A stretch of DNA of 63,874 bases, counting the filler, from Octopus bimaculoides (Eukaryota), in NCBI RefSeq assembly GCF_001194135.2. It is 5 parts of 5 records of this genome, joined end to end, with 100 filler letters (N's around TTAATTAATTAA, not from the genome) between each part and the next. Parts side by side here need not be neighbours in the genome. Positions count along the whole stretch, not along the records: positions 13,472 to 20,909 come from NC_068984.1; positions 21,010 to 48,467 come from NC_068989.1; 3 more parts are not named here. The stretch is one strand, 5' to 3'. The position numbers and the translations under genes are program-made. The number at the start of each line of letters is the position of its first letter. Position 1 is the stretch's first letter. The notes under the pieces were generated by a model, which saw nothing but the letters and a program-made list of their open reading frames with translations, made no database searches and was not told the origin of the DNA. Positions 13,505-24,189 of the stretch are shown in pieces.

Positions 13505-13700
13505 GTAAATGCACAACGGACTTTTTTCAGTTTCCGTCTAACAAATTTACTTGCAAGGCTTTAGTCGGTTCGTGGCTATAATAGGTGCCGTACAGTAGGA
13601 ATGAACCTGGAACCGTGTGGATAGGAAGCAAGCTTCTTACCGCACAGCCACTCATAGGCACAGGAGTGGCTCTATAGGAGCCACTCCTGTGCCTATGATA
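13505..13700 (-). mobile_element. tRNA-derived SINE family B with inverted duplication of its head
   Basis: Family B body; 21-bp perfect inverted repeat at 13652-13698. Confidence 0.8.
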
Positions 13701-15766
13701 AAATTTATTTAATCTCACGCTATGAGCTAGCTTAAGATCTACATTAATTCAATGATTGTTTATATTAATGCAGACGTGTAAGCAATTTACTTATAAAATA
13801 TAATAAAATAAATTATCTTTGTATGTTTTAAGTTACGAAACAACTGTTGTGATATAAGAATTTCCAACGGTTAAATTAATTTTATTATACTGTATTTCTC
13901 TCATTATTTATAACTATATATATATATATATCTATATATATATATATATATATATNNNNNNNNNNNNNNNNNNNNNNNNNNNNNNNNNNNNNNNNNNNNN
14001 NNNNNNNNNNNNNNNNNNNNNNNNNNNNNNNNNNNNNNNNNNNNNNNNNNNNNNNNNNNNNNNNNNNNNNNNNNNNNNNNNNNNNNNNNNNNNNNNNNNN
14101 NNNNNNNNNNNNNNNNNNNNNNNNNNNNNNNNNNNNNNNNNNNNNNNNNNNNNNNNNNNNNNNNNNNNNNNNNNNNNNNNNNNNNNNNNNNNNNNNNNNN
14201 NNNNNNNNNNNNNNNNNNNNNNNNNNNNNNNNNNNNNNNNNNNNNNNNNNNNNNNNNNNNNNNNNNNNNNNNNNNNNNNNNNNNNNNNNNNNNNNNNNNN
14301 NNNNNNNNNNNNNNNNNNNNNNNNNNNNNNNNNNNNNNNNNNNNNNNNNNNNNNNNNNNNNNNNNNNNNNNNNNNNNNNNNNNNNNNNNNNNNNNNNNNN
14401 NNNNNNNNNNNNNNNNNNNNNNNNNNNNNNNNNNNNNNNNNNNNNNNNNNNNNNNNNNNNNNNNNNNNNNNNNNNNNNNNNNNNNNNNNNNNNNNNNNNN
14501 NNNNNNNNNNNNNNNNNNNNNNNNNNNNNNNNNNNNNNNNNNNNNNNNNNNNNNNNNNNNNNNNNNNNNNNNNNNNNNNNNNNNNNNNNNNNNNNNNNNN
14601 NNNNNNNNNNNNNNNNNNNNNNNNNNNNNNNNNNNNNNNNNNNNNNNNNNNNNNNNNNNNNNNNAAAAATCACATCATTGTATGCCGCCGGGTCAGAGGA
14701 TGTGGGAAAAGTCAAGACACTGTCTCTTTCTCTCGCAAATTCAAAGGCACAGAAAACAATTAAGTCTAGGTTACCAATCTGTCTGAAATGTAATGGAAAA
14801 TAGGTCAGTTTCAAAATATTGATGTCCAGGTCACAAAAGCAGAGTTTGAAGGAATAATAGTCTACTTCCTATGATTTCTAGATTGAAGCAAATAACAAAT
14901 AATATTTAATGATCAAAGACCAAAATAAATTGTTACTCATTGTTATATAAGCAAATCTCGGGTAGTTAATGGATACACGTGAATCATTTGTGCAAGTCCC
15001 ATTCACAGTTCATTATGCATGGCAATGAAAAGATCTTCGTACAGTCTCCTATTATGAGAGTCACATAAAATATGTGAAAATTACAAGATCATTTCAACAA
15101 TATACAAAAGAAGTTTCTGAAAGAGTCGGACTCCTTTTGGTCGTCTGGGTGGTAAAGTTGTTGTAACATTATTGTTGAAATGTGGCCAAGTTTTTGTCGG
15201 GCGTATCACCATGGAAGACCATCTTCCAAGTTGATGTAAAACAGGTTCATACTGCATATCTATGCATTGTACAAAAAGGACATTTTAATCGGATTCGATG
15301 CAATATATTTTATACCATAATACATTGGTTTGCAGTGAAGAGAAAAATTTTAACATCTGGATGAAGGCATTTCATGGGTGAAAGACACTGGAAGATATGT
15401 GTAAACGTATATATAAGGTTTGTATAATGTCTGCTAATTTAACGGAGGCCTCAAAAGACATTTTAAGATCTATAAAGATCAGAACTTAACTACAGCTCTT
15501 GGTGGTTCAAATCGGATATGCAATTTACGTGGGTGTCTTTTCAAAACATAGTCTGGTTTAAAAAGCCGCATCAGATGCCATGATTGTTCTAAGGTGTAGG
15601 TGCAGGAGGTGGTCAAACTCTGCATAAAGAGTAAACAACGACCATATATATATGATAGGAAACAAGCTCTTTAAGAAAAAAAAATACAGTGTTTTTCTAT
15701 ATATTGAGTTGGGGTAAACTACTGCTATGTCTAGCAGACAAGTATCCATCACTGAGGATGATCAAA

Positions 15767-15817
15767 ACATACATACATACATACATACATACATACGTAC
15801 GTACATACATACATACA

Positions 15818-15846
<29 letters not shown>
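15767..15846. repeat. (TACA)n microsatellite
   Basis: Read directly; immediately precedes the R4 fragment. Confidence 0.97.
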
Positions 15847-15848
<2 letters not shown>

Positions 15849-16530
15849 GTATTGGGTTGATGTTTGGTCAGGATAAACGTTGCTATACGGTTGTGAAAAG
15901 AGGGAAAGCTGTAAACCAGACTAGTAACATCTCCATCAATGACAACGGTTTTCCCTATATTTGATGAGGAATGTTACGGGTATCTAAAGTTGGATGAAAA
16001 CAAGGGTACCTGTAACAAAATACGTGTCACTAAAAAATATAACAGCCGAATAAAGAAAATTTGAACCTCGGAACTCTCTGCATTCCATAAAACAGTGATC
16101 CACAATGTCTTTCTAGTACCAGTATTCATACCAACATTTGGGCTGCTTGATTGAATGCTTGATGAGATCCGAGCCACTGGTGTGAAAATCCGGAAAATAC
16201 TAACAAGCACACATAATTTCCACATCAACTGTGACGTAGACCGCCCCTACCTGAAACAAAAACAAGGTAACAGAGACTTAACATCGACCCAGACTGCCTT
16301 AGAATGTCGTATTATATCCCTTCGGCGACATCTTTAACCACCAAGTGTCGAAACGCATCTCTTGATAACGTTTGCATACACGAGATTGATAACATCATAT
16401 GACTTAGAAGGTAGCTACTTGAGCAATATTTCTTGTCTGATAACCTTAAATACATGCCCAAAGAAGTCGTACGACTCCACCGCAACATATCATCGGATGA
16501 CATTATCTAAAGATAATACGCACTGATATA
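15849..16530 (+). mobile_element. R4/Dong LINE internal fragment (family shared with 46391-47626)
   Basis: [11 protein letters not shown]..., SELSAFHK, KIRKILTSTHNFHINCDVDRPYLK. 16290-16505 aligns with 46430-46632. Confidence 0.8.
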
Positions 16531-16557
16531 TTCTGTTATGCAATATAGAACTCACGC

Positions 16558-16962
16558 AAGGCGTTGAGCTGGTAGAAACGTTAGCACGCCGGGCGAATTG
16601 CTTAGCGGTATTTCGTCTGCCGTTACGTTCTGAGTTCAAATTCCGCCGAGGTCGACTTTGCCTTTCATCCTTTCGGGGTCGAAGTAATCGACTTACTCCC
16701 TTTGTTTGTCCTTGTTTGTCCCCTCTATGTTTAGCCCCTTGTGGGCAATAAAGAAATAAGAAACGTTAGCACGCCAGGCAAAATACTTAGTGGTATTTCG
16801 TCTGTCTTTACGTTCTGAGTTCAAATTCCGCCGAGGTCGATTTTGCCTTTCATCCTTTTGGGGCCGATAAAGTAAGTATCAGTTGCGTACTGGGGTCGAT
16901 CTAATCGACTGGCCCCCTCCCCACCAAATTTAGGGCCTTGTACCTAGAGTAGAAAAGAATAT
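16558..16962 (+). mobile_element. Tandem pair of tRNA-derived SINEs, family A (head AAGGCGGCGAGCTGG)
   Basis: Two consecutive copies with B-box-like GAGTTCAAATTCC and shared GCCTTTCATCCTTTCGGGGTCGATAAA block. The second copy is 5'-truncated. Confidence 0.85.
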
Positions 16963-16974
16963 AGAACTCACGCG

Positions 16975-17007
<33 letters not shown>

Positions 17008-17104
17008 TCCTAAGGTTCATTTTCGTTTATTGTGTGTATGTGTGTGCGTCCATATTCATATCTATTTTAGTGTTTAGATAAACAAAAATGAAGATAAAAT
17101 TTAC

Positions 17105-17290
17105 AGGCGCGTTAGGGCATTTGGATCACGATCATAAGGTCGTGAGTTCAATTCCCGGCGGCGCATTGTGTCCTTGAGCAAGACAGTTTATTTCACGTTG
17201 CCCCAGTCCACTCAGCTGGCAAAAATGAGTAGTACCTGTATTTCAAAGGGCCCTGCCTTGTCACACTCTGTGTCACGCTAGGGAGAACTA
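17105..17290 (+). mobile_element. tRNA-derived SINE, family C variant with CORE-like domain
   Basis: GAGTTCAATTCCC B box, then TGTGTCCTTGAGCAAGACA; the 3' block GTACCTGTATTTCAAAGGG...CCTTGTCACACTCTGTGTCACG is shared with 56600-56985. Confidence 0.7.
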
Positions 17291-17511
17291 CACCTGTCCT
17301 TGACTTTCAGGTGTTTTAAAACCCGGCGTTTTGAGAAAGTTTTCTCCACTACGCTATGTCGCAGCCTGCCGGCAAATACACAGTGTGTAGCTATTAACTA
17401 TATGTGGTTGATTATATATAAATATATATATATATATATTATCCAAAATGTACAGTATTATATATCCATNNNNNNNNNNNNNNNNNNNNNNNNNNNNNNN
17501 NNNNNNNNNTT

Positions 17512-17705
17512 ATGATTGACCATTGACTGGACACTATTCAATTTTTTTTCTCCGTGTTTTTCTCCTTGTCTCCGTATTCTTTCTGTTGAAGAGCGTAGCT
17601 CGAAACGTCAAAGACTTTCCGTATTCCCGAGCGTCATACTAATACATCCTTTTGTTATTTACACCACCTGTCCTCGTCTGTTGTTGTTTTTTCGTATATT
17701 CTCCC

Positions 17706-17706
<1 letters not shown>
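17512..17706 (+). mobile_element. Penelope-like terminal-repeat fragment
   Basis: TGAAGAGC..GCTCGAAACGT motif and downstream TTCCCGAGCGT..ACTAATACA block, shared with 52195-52340 and 55686-55800. PLE assignment is inference from the motif. Confidence 0.55.
17578..17614 (+). ncRNA. Minimal type I hammerhead-like motif (A6U variant)
   Basis: TCTTT | CTGTTGA | A | GAGC-GTA-GCTC | GAAA | CGT | C | AAAGA: 5-bp stem I, 4-bp stem II, palindromic ACGT stem III, GUC triplet. Activity unknown. Confidence 0.5.
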
Positions 17707-17750
<44 letters not shown>

Positions 17751-18619
17751 CTTACACACACACACACGCACACATATTAATGTTTGTATCTAAGTTCGGT
17801 TATAATAAAAACAATTTTACCTTGATCATTCGGGTTATTCTATACTTTTATAGAGTAGAAATTTATTTTTCTAATACAAGAATCTTACTTACAGTGACTT
17901 TGATGTTTCGGCCAACTAAGCCATCGTCGATCATCGGTAATTCGACGATGGCTTGGGTATAAATCAGTAGAACAGAAAACTCAACAAAGTCTACCGTTAA
18001 ACTTGGCATTACTTACATTTAGTTGAAGACGTGGGCAACTATTCCAGCCCCGAAGTTATTCTTGCCAACCAGCTATTATATCCATTAATAACAGTATAGT
18101 ACAATAGTGACAGCCCTGATTGCATTTAACGTCAAACTGGCTAATAATTCACTTGAATGTATACACGTATAACAGTCTACAGCAGGAGTCGACTGGAAGA
18201 GGTGGGCTTCTGATATTTTGGGATTTTTTTTTCTAAGCTCATGTATTTGTAGGCCATTGAGTAATTAATGGCTTATGGGTAGTCTTTTGTGTAACGATTT
18301 TTAATTTAATTTTTCGTTTTTTGCTTATATAAATCATTACCAGTGAAGGAAATGAGAGGATATTAGTGAATGTTTTTATGTGTAGGATACGATATAATAT
18401 GCTGTGTACAATGGAAAGAGACACGACTATTAGTCTAATAAAGTGTTACTCCAATATATTTAGTTACAAATACATATTGCGTAATTTTTTACACAGAATC
18501 ATTTATATGCAATGTGGTTAGAAACGGAGTGGTACAGAGATAATTGTACCGAATATTAAAATTGTGCTAAATTCATTCTTCGCCTGTCTGTCTGTCTGTA
18601 TGCATTTATGGTCTCTCTC

Positions 18620-19339
18620 TTTTCTCTGCATTATACTACTTTCTCGTCACAAAAATGAATCATTTTTTAATCGAATTGTAACATGTGATGAGAAATAGAT
18701 CTAATACAACAACCGTAAATGTTCAGCACAATGGTTGGACAAAGACGAGCCACCAAAGTACAATCCAAAAAACAAAATTTATCAAAAGAAGCTGATGGTG
18801 TGTGCTTGGTGATCTGGCGCAGGTGTGATTCATTATGATTTCATTAACCCTGGCTCATTAATCACGGCCGAAGTATACTGCAGCCAACTGGACCAAATGA
18901 TACAGAAACTTACAGAAAAAAAAACAGCCTAGATTAGTCAACAGATCCACTCCTATTTTATTGCAAGACAGCGCCAGACCACACATCGCAAAAATGATAT
19001 TGGCAAAACTACAGGAGTTGGAGTCGGAAGTTCTCCATCATTCACCATACTCACCTGATCTTGCCCCCACTGACTGCCACTTCTTCCAGAATTTGGATAA
19101 CATTTTGATAGGAAAAGAATTTCATTCCGACGATGCTGTAAAACAGGCATTCCAAGATTTTATTGACTCTAGATTGCCAGGCTTTTACAGTTCCGGGCTG
19201 GACAAGCTACTGCTGAGATAGCAAAAGGGTATTGACAATATGGGTGCATACTTCGATGAATAAACCTATTCCTTGTATTTATAAAACATTAGCAAACTTT
19301 TTTTTCTTTTCTACAAATTTCATACTTGACGACCTAATA
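18620..19339 (+). mobile_element. Mariner (DD34D) transposon, 3' half, decayed
   Basis: IVTCDEK, QDSARPH, YSPDLAPTDCHFF motifs; 3' end ...GACGACCTAA followed by TA. Confidence 0.9.
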
Positions 19340-19930
19340 ATATATTATTCTAAAAGGCGACAAGCTCCGTTGTAGATGTAGGGGAAATAATCTCATATAT
19401 CTGAGTATTTCCCCTTAGAACATACCTGTTTATGCTCACTGAATCCACGTATTTATAACTATAATTACAATGTAACGAGAGCAGTTAATGTGAAAGTGTC
19501 TTTGTCGTGTCGGATAAAATGCTGTGCGGTATATCTTTCGGTACTTTACATTCTGAGTTCAAGTCTCACCGAAGTCAACTTTGCCTTTTATCTTTCTGGG
19601 CTCGATAAAATAAAATGTCATACAAGTACAGGACCCCAGTCCGTTGCAGGGTGTAAGACTAGCAATTTTTGAAGGGAAGAAACAAGTCAATTACATCGAT
19701 CCCCAAAGCTTAACAAGAATGTATTTTTTCGACTCTGAAAGGACGAAAGGCAAAATTGACCTCGAAAAAATGCCGCTAAGAATTTTGCACGCGCTAAGCA
19801 ATTCTGCCAGCTCACCACATGAGTCGATTAATTCCCTACTCCAAATTTTCGACCCTGTACTTATGTTAGAAACAATTAATCATGTACGAAAGTGAAATGC
19901 ATAATTAATCATCGTTAAATATGATGACGT

Positions 19931-20227
19931 GGAGGCGCAATGGCCCAGTGGTTAGGGCAGCGGACTCGTGGTCGGAGGATCGTGGTTTCCATTCCCAGAC
20001 CGGGCGTTGTGTGTGTTTATTGAGCGAAAACACCTAAAGCTCCACGAGGCTCCGGCAAGGGATGGTGGCGACCTCTGTTGTACTCTTTCGCCCCAACTTT
20101 TCTCTCAGTCTTTCTTCCTGTTTCTTGAGTAACGCTGCGATGGACTAGGGTGGGGAACACATACGCCATAGAAACCGGGAAACCGGGCCCATGAGCCTGG
20201 CTAGGCTTTGAAAGGGCGAAAAAAAAT
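19931..20227 (+). mobile_element. tRNA-derived SINE, family C
   Basis: Head GGCGCAATGGCCCAGTGGTTAGGGCAGCGGACTCG...GGTTTCCATTCCC (A/B boxes), non-tRNA body, A-tail; homologous to the 56985 end of the minus copy. Confidence 0.8.
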
Positions 20228-20584
20228 GTGATGACACTCCTCACTGCGACAAAGCAAAGGAAGTGGTTTGGCCCCTGATTTTCTAGATATTTTCTTAAAA
20301 TTACAACCCTTTCTTTTTGTTTGTTTCTTGAGCCCTAGAACTGATAAGGTCGGTTACCCGGTTTCCATGGTGTTTAAGTGAAAAGATAACAACATATCTC
20401 CTTAACGGAGACTCTATCCGTTGTAGGGTTGTAAACCAACAGTTTTGAGGTGAAGGGACAAGTCGATTACATCGACCCCAGTACTTGAATGGTACTTTAT
20501 TTTACCGACTCCAAAAGGATGAAAGACAACGTCTACCTTAGTAGGGTTTTAACTCAGAACATAAAGAGACGGAAGAAAATGCCA

Positions 20585-20909
20585 AGGTTCTAAGCCCGAA
20601 AAAGCTGCTCGCGACATTTGTGTTGTGTATGGAGAGGGTGCCATAGCTAAAAGAACCGCTCGTGATTGGTATGCCAAGTTCAAAAATGGAAATTTTTACC
20701 TCAAAGACGCACCTCGTTCTGGACGTCCAGTTGAGTTCGATGAAGAGCGATTAAACCAACTTTTGCACGAAAATTCTCGTCAAACGACAAGGGAACTGGT
20801 AGAGAAAATGGAATGCTCCCACACTGCTATATAGAAGCATCTTCACTCGATGGGAAAGGTTCAGAAGTATGGAGCATGTGTTCCGCATGCTTTAAGTGAC
20901 AACAATAAA
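20585..20909 (+). mobile_element. Mariner transposase N-terminal fragment
   Basis: VYGEGAIAKRTARDWYAKFKNGNFYLKDAPRSGRP (HTH, GRP motif) ...VPHALS, cut by the linker. Confidence 0.9.
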
Positions 20910-21009
20910 NNNNNNNNNNNNNNNNNNNNNNNNNNNNNNNNNNNNNNNNNNNNTTAATTAATTAANNNNNNNNNNNNNNNNNNNNNNNNNNNNNNNNNNN
21001 NNNNNNNNN
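20910..21009. other. Artificial scaffold linker
   Basis: 44 N + TTAATTAATTAA (20954-20965) + 44 N. Confidence 0.95.
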
Positions 21010-21081
21010 GGCTGAAGGGATCACTAAGGGATCCAAAGTCGAAGCAGTCTTAAAGATGCCATCTCCAATGAACGAATCAAG

Positions 21082-21350
21082 CTTGATTCGTTCATTGGAG
21101 ATGGCATCTTTAAGACTGCTTCGACTTTGGATCCCTTAGTGATCCCTTCAGCCGACAAAATGTGTCCAAGGTATTCTACACTGGGTAGTGCAAACTGGCA
21201 CTTTTCACGGCGACATCTGAGTCCATTGTCGCTTAGACGTGTGAGCAGACACTTTAGGTTGTTTAAGAAGTGTGGAACTTGTAGAAAAGTGATACCCAAG
21301 AAGTCATGGGACAAAGTAATGAAGGCTGATCTCAGAACTTTGCATTTCAT
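21082..21350 (-). mobile_element. Gypsy RT fragment (different from the full-length element)
   Basis: NLKCLLTRLSDNGLRCRREKCQFALPSVEYLGHILSAEG...VLKMPSP; its end is folded back as a 144-bp palindrome. Confidence 0.8.
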
Positions 21351-21639
21351 GAAGGAGTTGACAAAAGATTGGCAATGTGTAGTGCCTGAGAAAACCTACT
21401 CATCTTGTTGAAACTGAAGTTCTGGAGGCATAATTTGTATATTACACAACTGAGCCTTTTGTATTATTTCCTTATAAAGTTATCTCTTTATCACTGATCT
21501 CTTCATCACTTGCCTAACTACAGTATCCTGATCCCTTTCTTCATCCTTTAAATTTTCATCATCTAGTATAAAGCTGCCGCCCTCTCTCCTGTAGTTCCAC
21601 TCTGTCAAAGGAAGTCTTACATAGTCACATCACTAGTGC

Positions 21640-21830
21640 TGGTACAATGAAAAAATACCCAATACACTTTGTAAATGGGTTGGCATTAAAAAGGGCATCC
21701 AGCTATAGAAACCATACAAAAGTAGACATTGGAGCATGATGCAGTCCTCAGATCCATCAGATTTTATCAAACCACCCAAGCAATGACAGCATGGAAGATG
21801 GAAATTAAAAGATGATGATGATATGTACAA
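21640..21830 (+). mobile_element. RTE-type LINE/SINE 3' tail fragment
   Basis: AAGGGCATCCAGCTATAGAAACC block ending in a (GAT)n tail; family assignment is by recognition only. Confidence 0.45.
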
Positions 21831-21989
21831 CACTTCAAAGATAATCCAAAATATTTCTATTAACAGCTCGAATTCTTTTGGGGGGAAATTATGGTTTTAA
21901 TGTTATTTTGCTTGATGGCAACACCATGCCAAAGACTAGTTATGTGAGCTGTTCTTTACATATAGCACCCAACACAGAATAAATAGCTA

Positions 21990-23150
21990 GATATTATCTA
22001 AAAATGGAACCAAAATATCTGGCTAGGCTTCAGTATAATTATTTGTGCAATCCACTCTTCTACAGTTATATAGTACATATTCCAAGCAATAAGGGTGAAT
22101 AACGGTCACCTGTATTGTTTACAATAACTTTTTTGACCAAAGACTTAAACTTTCTATTTTAGAAGTGGCTGCAGCTTATATGGCAATTTTCCTTCAGTTG
22201 AGGAAAAGCATCTGGAAGATCAAGAGGTAGAACAGATATAAGAGCATTCACTACATGGTAAGATAAATAAAACTCTTTAATGCTATAATACTGGTCCACC
22301 AGCCCAAGATTCTGATTTTTTGTCACATATCAATTGACAGAGTAACAGAAACAAGTGTGGGCACCGATACTAGCACTAAACACAAATGAAAGCCAACTGA
22401 AAATCTATGTTGACTTCAGATGCATAGTAATTCAGTTTGCAGACAGTGAAAATCTCATCAAGGTTTTCCAAGGAAATTATGTATGTGTCCTTTCAGTTTT
22501 CTATGTATAAACATTTGGACTTAGGGTAGTACTTTTCCATGGATACTGCTATAAATGTTATGCATCTGGCAGAACAAATCAGGACAGCTAACAAATGTTC
22601 CACCAGCAAGCCAGTGAAAACTTTGGCAAAGGTTCTCAAGAGATGACAGAGATAAACATTTTAGAATTCCATCTGGATTATTAACACCACTGTTATGTAT
22701 CTCAAATTCTTTTTAGCCATCTGTTCTTGTAGGTATTGTCTGAATAGCAAATTCTTCAACAGTTTTCAAAAGAGGTTGAAATGGAGTTGCTGATTAATAA
22801 TTCTCTTTGAGTGTTAGCTGATTGAAGGTGGGGCAAAAGGGACTTCTGAAATGAGGTGAAAGAAAATGGCATCTGGAGTTTGTAATGCTACTCTGGATTT
22901 TTAAAAATATTATCTTTTATTTTCAGGATGGTACTTCAGACCACAAGAGGTTTCTTTTGTGATATTTCTTTCAGTTTGCTGACAAGGCCTCTAATTTTAA
23001 TGTTAGTAATTTTTGGAATCAGTGATTTTTTTTTTGTTGTAATATAATCCCTCATATAACTTGTTTTTCCCTCCTCAATGCTTACATATTTGATGTTATG
23101 AAGCTCCCTGATAACAATTTGTAAGTGAATACAATGATGAACATGATACA
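21990..23150 (-). mobile_element. MULE/Mutator-like transposase pseudogene
   Basis: Minus frames: SFHWLAGGTFVSCPDLFCQMHNIYSSIHGKVLP (W..DGTFKSCP..F.QLYTIH), NIDFQLAF (DFE.A), TCFCYSVN..KNQNLGL (GC.FH..Q..KIQ.LGL), WNMY...TNNYTEA (WN.Y...RTNN..EGW). Many stops. Confidence 0.7.
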
Positions 23151-23540
23151 TTCATGTATACCACTGCAGGCATTATTTCAACATCTTTTAATCTTAATTA
23201 TAAACAAAAAGACAAAATTACAATTGCATAGAAGTAGAAACTGGTTAATGCTGTCATGGATCCACTATCTCTGAATAAATGACAAGAAAGCTGTAGCTCA
23301 ATTCTTGTGCATCTGTGTATGTATATAAAAGCTATTAGTTCTTAGAAGTTTTGGAATAGCAACCACTATTTCATGGGAAAGGAAAAGGGCAAAGCAAGAA
23401 TGGTCTTTCTCCTTTGTTAAAATTTCAGCAATTATTCTATCTTTGACTGATATATTTTCAGTCAGTTTGTGTTTCTGTAACCTAAATGCCAGTATGCTTC
23501 TACACCTGTTTTTGTATTTTGTTTTTTGTACAATTTTGAA

Positions 23541-23588
<48 letters not shown>

Positions 23589-24189
23589 GGTGCACTCCTG
23601 TGGACAGTTTAAGTTGAATTAGCCCACAGCTAGAAGTCGTTTCAAATTGATAAACATAAAATGTATAATTACCATTTTCATTAGCAGCTTATGATATGGT
23701 ATTAAGCAACTTAGGCAATGAATAAAGCTTTTTGAACACAAATGTGGCTGTTAGTAATAAATGAAAGGCCATGAAATGAGATTGCTATTTCAGTAGGCAT
23801 TAGGGATGCTATATCTTATCTGAAGCATTTTGTATCATGTAGTTATTTTTCTCATAATGCTTGATACAACTGCATTGAAGCTTTTTTCAATGAAAGTCAT
23901 GTATGATAAAGAAAAGCAAACATTTATAGCAAACACACAAATAGAATAATGGTATATACAAAAATAAATGTCAGAGCATGCTTAAGAGCAAACAGCATGT
24001 GTGAAGTAAGAAGGGCCATTGCATGCTTATGAGCAAACAGCATGCAAGAAGTAAGAAGGATCAGTGAAGGTAATGTACTGTTAACAGCAATCAGGAAAAT
24101 GAAACAAAATATCAATGAAATACTTGCAGGAAATCTGATTGCTAATGGCTACAGTTTGGCGTAGATGTGAAGATTGCAGTAGAGGAAAG

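Noticed and set aside
19931-20005. tRNA gene (also 56915-56985)
   Set aside because: The cloverleaf is incomplete and continues into a shared SINE body, so these are SINE heads.
22163-22257. AG...GTAAG-bounded plus-strand exon
   Set aside because: All three frames are closed and it lies antisense within the MULE remnant.
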